Shown here piece by piece: positions 15,396 to 24,160 of a stretch of DNA of 64,000 nucleotides. Numbering within the stretch: the stretch's first letter is position 1; every line of letters starts with the position of its first letter. The notes below the pieces were generated by a model that worked only from the letters and a program-made list of their open reading frames with translations, searched no databases and was not told the origin of the DNA. Origin of the DNA: a virus; the IMG/VR virus record IMGVR_UViG_3300042922_000265, positions 32,001-96,000 of that record. One strand, given 5' to 3'. Position numbers and translations under genes: made by a program.

Positions 15396-15589
15396 ATTGG
15401 AGTCTTGGGGAGCACGTCACCGCTCCTCTGCCAGGGTATGAGCCCGGAGTGCTTGCCCTCTTGATCCGACCTGGCAGGGCCAGATCGAAAAGACACAGGT
15501 GACTGAGTCACAGGCCGTTGCCGGGTCGGCTGCCACCGAACACCGAACTTTCCTGTGCGCCACCATGGACGACTTACACCACCGCAACG

Positions 15590-15661
15590 TGCCGACACCA
15601 GGGCTCGAACCTGGTTCTCTGAGGCTTCAACTCAGCGCTTCTCCACTCAAGCTGTGACGGC
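15590..15661 (-). tRNA. tRNA-Phe(GAA)
   Basis: CTGAG-TTGAAGC-CTCAG. Confidence 0.88.
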
Positions 15662-15745
15662 ATACTTCGGATTACGCGCCGTTTCCCGCGAGGATCTCTA
15701 ACCCGTCCTACGGGGGCACGCATAGGGTTGAACCCCCGTGCTACG

Positions 15746-15818
15746 TGGAACTGGTGGGGATCGAACCCACTGCCTCCGGTATGCCATACCGGCGCTCTAC
15801 CAACTGAGCTACAGCCCC
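15746..15818 (-). tRNA. tRNA-Ala(GGC)
   Basis: GGGGCTG/CAGTTCC with G3-U70, loop ATGGCAT. Confidence 0.93.
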
Positions 15819-15971
15819 ATTGAAGTTTGATGCCCTGTACCGGGTGGGGAGAGCATGTTCCCCGGATACCCATTGCACCACCCCAGGACATCCAGGCGGT
15901 CCGCGTACCGTTCGGTCAGTGTCGACCCCGACTCGGGTGGTAAACCCATGCGCCCCCATAGGGTCCTAACG

Positions 15972-16042
15972 AGCGCCTGACAGGAATCGAACCTGCGTAG
16001 CCAGCTTGGAAGGCTGGAGCACGACCACTATGCCACAAGCGC
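15972..16042 (-). tRNA. tRNA-Gly(TCC)
   Basis: CCAGC-CTTCCAA-GCTGG. Confidence 0.92.
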
Positions 16043-16131
16043 AATGTCCACGTTCGGTCGTCTTGGCGGTGGACGCGCCTCAATGAGGGGATCTAAACCC
16101 TGGACCTTCTACACAACTATACCACTTCAAG

Positions 16132-16207
16132 TGGGGAGACCGACCGGAATCGAACCGGCGAAGGCCAGGGTCACATCCTGACTGCACAACCAGCAGTGCA
16201 CGGCCTC
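16132..16207 (-). tRNA. tRNA-His(GTG)
   Basis: loop ATGTGAC, C73, encoded CCA; no genomic G-1. Confidence 0.85.
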
Positions 16208-16209
16208 AG

Positions 16210-16283
16210 TAGCTCGTACGGGACTCGAACCCGTCATCTCCGCCTTGAGAGGGCGGCGAGATTACCATCTACTCCAACGAGCC
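16210..16283 (-). tRNA. tRNA-Glu(CTC)
   Basis: CCGCC-CTCTCAA-GGCGG. Confidence 0.92.
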
Positions 16284-16342
16284 ATTGGGGAGCCTTCACA
16301 GGGCGCTCCCGAACCCTTTAGTCCGTTATCAGGACCATAACG

Positions 16343-16414
16343 AGCGCCTACCTGGAATCGAACCAGGGAATAGCGGGTTTGCAATCCGCCGCGTTGCCAT
16401 TTCGCCATAGACGC
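16343..16414 (-). tRNA. tRNA-Cys(GCA)
   Basis: loop TTGCAAA, U73. Confidence 0.9.
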
Positions 16415-16418
16415 AGAG

Positions 16419-16491
16419 TGGAGATAATGGGAATTGAACCCACCACACCGATCTTGCAAGGATCAGTCGCCCCCAAGGAACATGTACCCCC
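16419..16491 (-). tRNA. tRNA-Ala(TGC)
   Basis: GGGGGTA/TATCTCC with G3-U70, loop CTTGCAA. Confidence 0.85.
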
Positions 16492-16496
16492 ATTGT

Positions 16497-16623
16497 GATC
16501 TTGGATATTGCTTGAGGCCGGAACGCCCCGCCAGCACGGTTTCCCGTTGGGGCTGTCCAGACCATGGGTGGTCTGGACTGGAATCGAACCAGTGATAACC
16601 GACTACTCGGTCGACCCAAGATC
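16497..16623 (-). ncRNA. YrlA-like Y RNA (scaffolded tRNA-like RNA 4)
   Basis: GATCTTGGGT/ATCCAAGATC stem, CGAC-CGAGTA-GTCG, T arm ACTGG-TTCGATT-CCAGT, closed acceptor CCAGACC-ACCCAT-GGTCTGG. Confidence 0.78.
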
Positions 16624-16627
16624 TTAG

Positions 16628-16701
16628 TCGCGGAGGGAGGATTTGAACCTCCGACCTCCAGGTTATGAGCCTGGCGGGCTACCGAACTGCCCTACCCCGC
16701 T
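16628..16701 (-). tRNA. tRNA-fMet(CAT), initiator-like
   Basis: unpaired 1:72 (A-G), CCAGG-CTCATAA-CCTGG, TTCAAAT. Confidence 0.88.
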
Positions 16702-16851
16702 ACCGTGTCCCTGCTGTTGCCAGCAGGGACGGTGCCTAGAGGAATGGTGGCCTCTAGGCGGATCTATGTACTACACTATGGAGTTCTCAAGATTCAAACG
16801 AACTAGAGTAAAAGGTACCTCTAGTCGGTCAATCCCGCAAGGGATTAAACG

Positions 16852-16935
16852 TGCCGCATTGAGGAATCGAACCTCACCGTCCCGAAGGCCACAGGGTTAC
16901 AGCCTGCTCCCAAACACCAGTTGGGCATATACGGC
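16852..16935 (-). tRNA. tRNA-Tyr(GTA)
   Basis: loop CTGTAAC, long variable arm. Confidence 0.9.
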
Positions 16936-16936
16936 A

Positions 16937-17011
16937 TGGCGAGGACTGGAGGAATCGAACCCCCTCGTGACGGGTTTGGAAGCCGTTGCCATCCCATTAG
17001 GCGAAGTCCCC
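16937..17011 (-). tRNA. tRNA-Trp(CCA)
   Basis: loop TTCCAAA, G73, encoded CCA. Confidence 0.9.
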
Positions 17012-17043
17012 ATCGCATGCTGCAGATATTCAGTTGTTTTACG

Positions 17044-17114
17044 TCGGGATGGGAGGAGTCGAACCTCCGCCACCTGGTCCCAAACCAGGCATGATTCCGT
17101 TTCACTACACCCCG
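17044..17114 (-). tRNA. tRNA-Pro(TGG)
   Basis: CGGGGTG/CATCCCG, CCTGG-TTTGGGA-CCAGG. Confidence 0.92.
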
Positions 17115-17218
17115 CTCGTCGCGGAGGTTACTCCGGCGACTAAAGAACGATGCGCTTATGCCACGGTCGATAGGGCGCTCGTTCGAGCATCCCTCGCGTG
17201 GTATCGGCAGTCGTAAAC

Positions 17219-17258
17219 ATGGGACCTACCATAGCACAGGTCCCATCGAGCTTGTCAA
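17219..17258 (-). promoter_or_regulatory. promoter of the RNA cluster with inverted repeat around the -10
   Basis: TTGACA-N19-TATGGT; ATGGGACCT-N10-AGGTCCCAT. Confidence 0.6.
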
Positions 17259-17263
17259 CACCT

Positions 17264-18523
17264 CTACTTGAACAGAGGCAGATCCCGCTTCGGGACGGCC
17301 ACCCGCACCCAGGAGTCTCCCAGGTAGGTGACCACAATCTCCTCGTCGATCACGTAATAGGTCTCGCGCTGTTCGGGGTTGCGGGGCAGGTCGGTGAGGT
17401 GTTCCACGCGCCAGTTGCGGTACTCGCGCTTGGCCTCGTCAGGGGTGCGTCCCGACAAGCAGACAGAGCACCTGTAGCCCGGAGGCTGCCTGTCCCAGCC
17501 CATGACGGGGTTCTCGGTATCCAAGAGACCGCACTGGGCACAGGTGGCCAGGAATCCCTGGGTGGGCAGCTCATTGGCCTGGATCGGCGAGGTAGCCCGC
17601 TGGTAGGCCGTGCGGACCCGATTCTCGGTAGCCTCCACCCCGGCCTCGAATCGAGAACCATTGATCGAGACCGGACCCGGCATCTGATACCGGGTGAAGT
17701 CCTTGGCATCGACCTCGGCGTTGATCGCCCCCTGCAGGTAATGCTGCAGCGGGTCGTGGGCCAGAATCACACCCAGGCGATCCAGGAATGGGCTTCTGGA
17801 CTCGATCTTGTCAGCGCGCACCGCTCGCGCCGCTACGACGTCGTCGGACCGCTGCGACCATGCGTTCGCGCTCGCGCTTTCGGCGGCGACACTCTCGGCA
17901 CGAGCACCCATCGGGCGAAGCGGGTGACAAGCCGCGCAGCGCCATCCAGCGACGGTGTTGTAGCTCCCGTTGGTCCCGTCCTCGGATTTGCGGTGGCACA
18001 CCGTGCACTCCCAGTGACTCACCTCCTGGTACGCCGTCGGCGGGAACGAGACGAGCGTATCGCCCCTGAAGGTGGTGATCTTCTGCGCCGTCGTCGTCGG
18101 GACGGCTGCCTCTTTTGGGAGATCAGGACCATCTGGCTGGACCTGGACCATCAGGCCGTCATCGGTCATCCGCCACAGACGCATGTGGACATCGCGGTCC
18201 TTGGTCAGAGTCTCGCGCAGCTTCAGCATGCAGGGCTTGCAGCCCATCTCCAGCTGCTCCAGCCAGACGACCGACTCGACGTTGTGATCGCCCCTGATGC
18301 AGTAGTACTTGGTCTCAGCCTGGGTCACTTGATCCTCCGTGGGTGTGTCGACCTCGGAAGACTGCTTCCTGCGGTCGATGGCCATGTTAGCGAACATGAC
18401 CCCGAACATGGCAATGAGCACCGAATCCATCATTGGCGGTGGGACCGGCTCATACACCTGAAACCCCGTCCACACGGTGGTGGACAAGGCGCAGGCGATG
18501 GTACTGGCGTGACGTCTGTTCAC
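17264..18523 (-). CDS. membrane-anchored multi-CxxC hypothetical protein
   Basis: hydrophobic N-terminus; CKPC, CTVC, CAAC, CAQC, CSVC; GTG start overlaps upstream stop. Confidence 0.7.
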   Translation of the reverse strand: MNRRHASTIACALSTTVWTGFQVYEPVPPPMMDSVLIAMFGVMFANMAIDRRKQSSEVDTPTEDQVTQAETKYYCIRGDHNVESVVWLEQLEMGCKPCMLKLRETLTKDRDVHMRLWRMTDDGLMVQVQPDGPDLPKEAAVPTTTAQKITTFRGDTLVSFPPTAYQEVSHWECTVCHRKSEDGTNGSYNTVAGWRCAACHPLRPMGARAESVAAESASANAWSQRSDDVVAARAVRADKIESRSPFLDRLGVILAHDPLQHYLQGAINAEVDAKDFTRYQMPGPVSINGSRFEAGVEATENRVRTAYQRATSPIQANELPTQGFLATCAQCGLLDTENPVMGWDRQPPGYRCSVCLSGRTPDEAKREYRNWRVEHLTDLPRNPEQRETYYVIDEEIVVTYLGDSWVRVAVPKRDLPLFK

Positions 18524-18633
18524 AGGTGGTAGAACCAGACCGCCAAACCCATGGCAGCGGCGAAGAAAGTCCACCCGGCGGCGGCCCCTCCCCAGACGGC
18601 GGGCAGGAAGTCTTTGAAATTCGGGTCGTCCAT
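18520..18633 (-). CDS. 37-aa membrane peptide (not in ORF track)
   Basis: AAGGAG RBS; MDDPNFKDFLPAVWGGAAAGWTFFAAAMGLAVWFYHL. Confidence 0.65.
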   Translation of the reverse strand: MDDPNFKDFLPAVWGGAAAGWTFFAAAMGLAVWFYHL

Positions 18634-18655
18634 TATTGCTCCTTCTCGGGGGTGG

Positions 18656-18820
18656 TTAGAGGACGACGAGTTCGTGGTCGCTGAACTTCAGCTGTTGGAC
18701 CTCGTGTCCGATCGCGATGGCGACCAGGATATTGAGCTGGTCTTGGATCTCGATGATGACGCCGGTCATGTCGAGGAACACGTCATCACCAGAAACGATG
18801 ACGCGGTCGCCGACCTTCAC
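18656..18820 (-). CDS. 54-aa KOW/SH3-like protein (not in ORF track)
   Basis: MKVGDRVIVSGDDVFLDMTGVIIEIQDQLNILVAIAIGHEVQQLKFSDHELVVL; GTGA overlap. Confidence 0.65.
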   Translation of the reverse strand: MKVGDRVIVSGDDVFLDMTGVIIEIQDQLNILVAIAIGHEVQQLKFSDHELVVL

Positions 18821-18960
18821 CGCCCCTGCTTCCAGGAGTTGCGGTTACCCTTGCCGGGACGCTTGGCCTGGCGGGCCTTGTTGGCGGGCTTGGCAGCGGC
18901 GCGAGCCTGCGCGGTGCGGCGCTCGGCGTGCGCGCGTCCGGTGCTGATGTCGTTGCTCAT
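18817..18960 (-). CDS. 47-aa basic peptide, leaderless (not in ORF track)
   Basis: TTGCGC-N17-CATACT-N6-ATG; MSNDISTGRAHAERRTAQARAAAKPANKARQAKRPGKGNRNSWKQGR. Confidence 0.6.
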   Translation of the reverse strand: MSNDISTGRAHAERRTAQARAAAKPANKARQAKRPGKGNRNSWKQGR

Positions 18961-18998
18961 AGTTCAAGTATGACAGGAACTAGAACAACGCGCAACCC

Positions 18999-20312
18999 TT
19001 ACGAGACAGGAATCCCCAGGGCGTCGACAGCCAGGTCGGCCAGGACCTGATGGCCTGCGGCGTTCAGGTGGAACTCATCGGCGTAGAGCGCAGGGTGCTC
19101 CGAGAACGGCGGGATCTGCGGCCAGAAGTCCAGCAGCGCGGTGCCAGCGGTGTCGGCCACAGCCAGCACCTGGTCCCGAACAGTGCTCCAGGTCGGCTGC
19201 CAGTAGGTCTGCAGCGCGACGTCGGCGTTCGGGCAGATGTCGCGCATCTCGGTGACGACGGTGGACAGATTCACGGCCACGTCGTCGATGATGATCGGAT
19301 CATCCAGGTCGTTGGCTCCCAGGGCGATGATCACCAGATCGGGGTCGAAACCGTCGGCCAGGGCACGGGGGATGGCGTTACCCCAGTCCTCGACCGCCGT
19401 GGTGCCGCCGGTCAGACGGTCTACCCACCACTTGGCCGTCACATCCGGTTGAGCCAGACTCATCACGTCCAGCTTGGCGTCGCTCACCTTGGCGTTGAAG
19501 CCGTACCAATAGGTCTCGCCACTGCCGCCGTTGGGACGAACGCTCAGGTCCGCCGCACCGCCCATGTCAGCGATGCGCTGATAGTCGATCAAGCCGGTCT
19601 CTGGCCAACCGTTCGACCAGACGCTACCGGGGACCCACGGTCCCTGCCAGGAGCCCTCGTCGTAGCGCCATTGGCCCATCTGTGCCGAATCCGGGGCGAA
19701 CAACACGTCGATGTCGGTCAGGTGGGCCACATCGTTGAATCGGCTGATCTGGGCATCGAGCAAACCGTTGGCGAAGGCGACGTCCAGGTAACCCGCAGGC
19801 TCATCGGCGCGCTGGGGATCGAACCACATGCGACCAGCCAACTGATGCTGCCAGCTGTAGCGTTCCGAGGAGGCCGAATCCCCGACGATCAAGATGCGGG
19901 GATTACGGGTGCCGCGCAGTCCCACAGCGGCACGCCAGTGGTTCAGCTCGGCACCGGGACGACCGGCGACGTTGAGGGTCGCACGAGCCTGGGAGACGGT
20001 CTGAGAGCCGAGAAGGGTGCGCCCAACCGCACCGGAATCAGTAATGTCGGCACGCTGCAGAACAACGGCCCCGTCGCGCCCGGCGACCGAGGTCACCGGG
20101 GCGCTCTGCAGCGCGCTGTTGGCGTTCGCCAGGGCGCTCTGGACGGCGGTGGAGAGGTCTCCGGTAGGGATGCCCGCACCCGGCTTGGTGTACTTGGCTG
20201 TGGCGAGGGTGTGCGCATCGTCGATGCCGGTCTCGATGTGGTTGAGACGCTCGGCGGAGATGGGCGAGTCGGTCGACGGGGCGTCGACCCATGTCTGCTT
20301 GAGGTAGGCCAT
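18999..20312 (-). CDS. tail-associated SGNH/GDSL esterase
   Basis: fibre-type N-terminus (AERLNHIETGI), IVGDS, LGAND, DEFH. Confidence 0.8.
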   Translation of the reverse strand: MAYLKQTWVDAPSTDSPISAERLNHIETGIDDAHTLATAKYTKPGAGIPTGDLSTAVQSALANANSALQSAPVTSVAGRDGAVVLQRADITDSGAVGRTLLGSQTVSQARATLNVAGRPGAELNHWRAAVGLRGTRNPRILIVGDSASSERYSWQHQLAGRMWFDPQRADEPAGYLDVAFANGLLDAQISRFNDVAHLTDIDVLFAPDSAQMGQWRYDEGSWQGPWVPGSVWSNGWPETGLIDYQRIADMGGAADLSVRPNGGSGETYWYGFNAKVSDAKLDVMSLAQPDVTAKWWVDRLTGGTTAVEDWGNAIPRALADGFDPDLVIIALGANDLDDPIIIDDVAVNLSTVVTEMRDICPNADVALQTYWQPTWSTVRDQVLAVADTAGTALLDFWPQIPPFSEHPALYADEFHLNAAGHQVLADLAVDALGIPVS

Positions 20313-20319
20313 CAGTTTC

Positions 20320-23300
20320 TCACTTCAGGTAGTAGGGGGTGACGCGGCAGCCGTACGCCCAGGCGCGCGGTGACAGGATGGTGGCCGTGACGCTGACGTC
20401 AGTGACCGGGGTGGTGGTGGTCAGGACCGCCCGACCATCGGCGTAGCGAAGGTCGGTGACCTCATGCAGGTAGGCCCCGACGCTGCCCAGGCGCACGAAA
20501 TAACGAACCAGGGCGACGTCGGTGTAGAGGTCGGACAAGTAGACCTCGTCCTCGTCGTCGCCTTCCAGGGTGAAATGCACCTCGTAGTCCTGGTCGTCTC
20601 CGGCAGGAATCTCGACGAACTTGGTGGTGAACTCGTGCCACCGGCCAGCCGGGGCATTCACGGTCTCCTCGTAGACGATTACACCGTCACTGATCCGCCG
20701 GAGGCGGACGGTGGCCATGTTGTCGTTGGCGACGGGCTTGTAGAAGACGGCACCGATGCGGAAGAGGCCCTGCGGAACGAAATTCGTCCACTGCTTGACC
20801 TTGATACCAGCCTCACCAGCGCCCGCATCCCGGCGAAAGCGTAGAACGCGCTTGCCCTGGTAGCGCCGTCCAGGATCGACACTGATACCGACCAGCTGAT
20901 AAGGACTTCCCCACGTAGCTTCCTCAGACGCCCACGTTTTCTGTGTGTCACCCCAGGTACCTCCAGGCATCGTCTCGGGAATGGTGCGGGTGTAGTAGGC
21001 CAGCTGTGTGTCGTCAATCGACTGGCTGTCCGGGTTGATGTCGGCCCACATGCTGTCGCCGCGCACCAGGCCGGAGTCCTTGAAATCGACAGCGACTTTG
21101 GCGAACGACGATCGGGTCTGCAGGGCCTTGAACACGGTGGCCACCGTGGTGTCGGTGGTGTCCAGGGAGACCCCGTCAAACCACAGCTGACCTTCGCTGG
21201 CCGCGCCGGTCACCTGCAGGAAAACTCGCATTCGGTTGACCCCGTCGGGCACCGTGACGATCGCGTCACGGTCCTCCCAGAAGGTATAGGTAATCGCGTC
21301 CTCGTGCGGGATCTCATCGAGCACCTCGGTGTCGACCAGCGTGTCGTTCGAGTAGAACCGCACCCCCCAGCGCATGACGATCGCATCGGGGTCGTCGGCG
21401 ACGTTGTCGCCCGAAACGGGGTAGTTGAAGGGGCTCGGGTAGGTGTCGGTGCCGGGGTAACGCGGGGCGTAGCCGACCTCCCGCGTCATGACACCCAAGC
21501 TGATCTTGATCTCGTCATCGGGTGCGACATCGGCCAGCGCGGACAGCAACACGTTGTCGATACCGGCAGCGTCCACGCGCGCGGCACCGCGCTCCCAGTG
21601 GCCCTTGATCGGGTCCCAGGCCCAGTTACCGGACTCGACGATCCAGTTGGCCAGGTTGCGCTCGAACAGTCGGTTGGCCACCTGGTAGGTCTTCTTCTGA
21701 GTGGTCGTCGGACCGGACGGCAGCTGACGGATGTGATTGGTGACGAACTGGTCAGGATCGTAGGTCGGGAAGTCGTAGAACGGCTTGTCCTCACCCGCGA
21801 TGAACGTCGACTGCATCGGGGTGATCTCACGGACGGCAGCGAAGTAGGCGATGGCCGCGTCCCGCTTGACCGTCTTGTAGTCGTAGCGGTGCACGGCGGT
21901 GGTGTTGAAGCGGACACGCTTCTCCAAGGTCAGCTTGCGCTCGATCACCGTGGAGGTGTCGGTCAGCTTCTCCATGACGTAGGCCGGGACCTTGAGCTGC
22001 TGACCAGGGTAGATCCACCAGTCCGTGCCCCGGATCGGCAGTGTGCCGGTGGTCTTGACGTGGGTGATCGCGCCGGGGTTGGCGGTCTCGATGTCCTCCC
22101 ACGGCACGTCGGTGTACTGAGCGAGCTTCTGCAGGCCCTCGGCCTTGATGACCGTGACGTAGGCGTTCTCGCTCAGGATGTAGGGCTGCAGCTCCTCGCG
22201 GCGGTAGACGTACTGGCTGCCCATCTCCAGACGGCGGTATTTCTCCAGGTCCAGATTGCCCGCGTTGGGCAGTGTCTCGCTGATGTAGCCGTTGCCCTGT
22301 TCGATCTGGATGACGTCGTACTGGGTGTTGAGCACGGAGCCGACCGCTGACAGCACGCTGGCCGGGTTGAGCCAGTTGACCGAACGCACGCCGTTGGTGC
22401 TGATGTAGGTGCCCAGGCCCAGGAAGCCGCCCTTGCCGGAGTAGTGGCGGATGCCCTGGCTGGACTGCTGGACAACCGAGGTCGGGAAGACCTTGTACCG
22501 GATCTCGATGTCGGACTCATAGATCGGGTACGGCTGCTCGGTGAGCTGGGAGAACTCGAACTTCCAGTACTTGGCACTGATCGCCTGGGGCAGAAACAGC
22601 ATGCCCTTCTCGACGACGAAGTTGCGCCAGACTGGGGTCCATTCCTTGTCCTCGAACGTGGTCTCGCTCATGCCGCCGGAACCGTGCTCCTGGGCGGTCC
22701 AGGAGACGGCATAGACCGCGTTATCCAGGCTGGTGGCCGGGACAATTCCGGTGGCCGGGTCCGGGATGACCGGGTCCGGGTCGACGTAGTAAGTCGGATT
22801 GGCGATGAAACCCTCGACGTGTCCGACGTAGCGCTCCATTTTGACGATGAGCGCACTAATGGTGCCCCGGAAATTCCAGATCTCGCTGGTGCCGTCGAAA
22901 CTCACTTGCAGCGGCAGCGTGGGCGGGTTGGACTCCACCTCGGCGATGGTCACGCCACGATGGTTGACCACCCTCAGCAAGACGGTGTCGGGGTTGTAGC
23001 GCCACCCGGCGACGATCTTGAGGGTGTCTCCGGCCTCGAATGCGGAGGTGATCGGCGCGCTGTAGGTGCGGGTGTCAGCACCGTTGTCAAACTGCAGGGT
23101 GAACTCGCCCGCACCCACGTCGTACTCGACGGTGGGCTTCCACTGGCCGCCAGGCTCGCGCACGCGGTACAACACGGGGTTCTGCGGCGGACCGGTGCCA
23201 GCGGCGAAGTCAGGGGTCCATTCGACACCGATCCAGGCCGCCTGGCCAATCTGCGGACCGAGCCCCATGGTCCAGCGGTAGTAGCTCTCCTGGATGCCCG

Positions 23301-24156
23301 TAGAGGTGTCGTAGCGGCCCCGGCCCAGTCGCCATTCGGTGTTCTGATCCTCGTTCGGGCGCAAGCTGATGGGGTTCAGCTTGCGGGTGCCGATCGTGTC
23401 ATCGCTGGAGTAGTAGAGGTTCAGGTGCTGGCCGGTGTAGACCGGGTCGATGTAGAACTTGTCGATGGAGCGCGGACCGCCCTCGTCGTTGCGCAGGTCC
23501 AGGAACAGGTTGGCCACCGCCGCCGGGTCGGGCATGGGGGCGGACTTCCAGAAGGTGTAGGGGTCATCGTCGACTGCCTGGGAGGCGTCCCAGTCCTTGA
23601 TGTACTTGGTGACGACGTTGCCGAGGATGTCCTGCTCTTCCTCGAAATACTGCTGGCCCTGCGCACGGTCGTAGACGTTGCGCCGGATCAGACCGTTGCG
23701 CAGGCCGATGACGTAGGGTGCGCCTTCCAGGGTCAAATCGTTGACGCGCTCGACCAGGATGCGCATCTGCTTGGCGACCACCGGGTAGACCCGGCTGGTG
23801 AACTTGTAGAAGCTCTTGGCGTCCGCGCGGGACACGTTGATCCGCAGCGGCAGCCGGGTCATGTCCAGCATGGGACGCCAGTTGTTGCTGCGATCCTGGT
23901 ACTCGAATGTGACCACGCACGGCATGCGCAGGATCTCGATCGAGACCTCCGAGATGCTCAGTGGCAGCTTGAAGGTGGTCGTGATGACTTCCGCGCCACC
24001 GTCGGCGAACGGGCGAGGCTGGCTGAACCACTCGCGGGTCGCCGGGTCGATGACCTGGGCGTCCGGGCCGCGCTTGCCGAAGATGGCGTGCAGAATCATC
24101 TGCACCACCTTCATCGGGTAGTGGAAGTCGAAGTAGAACTTCTGCTGATCGGCCAC
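20320..24156 (-). CDS. large baseplate/minor tail protein with carbohydrate-binding-like domains
   Basis: 1278 aa, beta-rich, follows baseplate genes. Confidence 0.7.
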   Translation of the reverse strand: MADQQKFYFDFHYPMKVVQMILHAIFGKRGPDAQVIDPATREWFSQPRPFADGGAEVITTTFKLPLSISEVSIEILRMPCVVTFEYQDRSNNWRPMLDMTRLPLRINVSRADAKSFYKFTSRVYPVVAKQMRILVERVNDLTLEGAPYVIGLRNGLIRRNVYDRAQGQQYFEEEQDILGNVVTKYIKDWDASQAVDDDPYTFWKSAPMPDPAAVANLFLDLRNDEGGPRSIDKFYIDPVYTGQHLNLYYSSDDTIGTRKLNPISLRPNEDQNTEWRLGRGRYDTSTGIQESYYRWTMGLGPQIGQAAWIGVEWTPDFAAGTGPPQNPVLYRVREPGGQWKPTVEYDVGAGEFTLQFDNGADTRTYSAPITSAFEAGDTLKIVAGWRYNPDTVLLRVVNHRGVTIAEVESNPPTLPLQVSFDGTSEIWNFRGTISALIVKMERYVGHVEGFIANPTYYVDPDPVIPDPATGIVPATSLDNAVYAVSWTAQEHGSGGMSETTFEDKEWTPVWRNFVVEKGMLFLPQAISAKYWKFEFSQLTEQPYPIYESDIEIRYKVFPTSVVQQSSQGIRHYSGKGGFLGLGTYISTNGVRSVNWLNPASVLSAVGSVLNTQYDVIQIEQGNGYISETLPNAGNLDLEKYRRLEMGSQYVYRREELQPYILSENAYVTVIKAEGLQKLAQYTDVPWEDIETANPGAITHVKTTGTLPIRGTDWWIYPGQQLKVPAYVMEKLTDTSTVIERKLTLEKRVRFNTTAVHRYDYKTVKRDAAIAYFAAVREITPMQSTFIAGEDKPFYDFPTYDPDQFVTNHIRQLPSGPTTTQKKTYQVANRLFERNLANWIVESGNWAWDPIKGHWERGAARVDAAGIDNVLLSALADVAPDDEIKISLGVMTREVGYAPRYPGTDTYPSPFNYPVSGDNVADDPDAIVMRWGVRFYSNDTLVDTEVLDEIPHEDAITYTFWEDRDAIVTVPDGVNRMRVFLQVTGAASEGQLWFDGVSLDTTDTTVATVFKALQTRSSFAKVAVDFKDSGLVRGDSMWADINPDSQSIDDTQLAYYTRTIPETMPGGTWGDTQKTWASEEATWGSPYQLVGISVDPGRRYQGKRVLRFRRDAGAGEAGIKVKQWTNFVPQGLFRIGAVFYKPVANDNMATVRLRRISDGVIVYEETVNAPAGRWHEFTTKFVEIPAGDDQDYEVHFTLEGDDEDEVYLSDLYTDVALVRYFVRLGSVGAYLHEVTDLRYADGRAVLTTTTPVTDVSVTATILSPRAWAYGCRVTPYYLK

Positions 24157-24160
24157 TGGG

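Noticed and set aside
15440-15560. RNase P RNA-like words (AGGAAAGTTCGG ... CCGGGCTCAT)
   Set aside because: P4 pairing is not clean, the region is far too short and other conserved regions are not visible
16286-16336. Hammerhead ribozyme (CTGATAA...)
   Set aside because: Lacks CUGANGA/GAAA core in the correct three-stem arrangement
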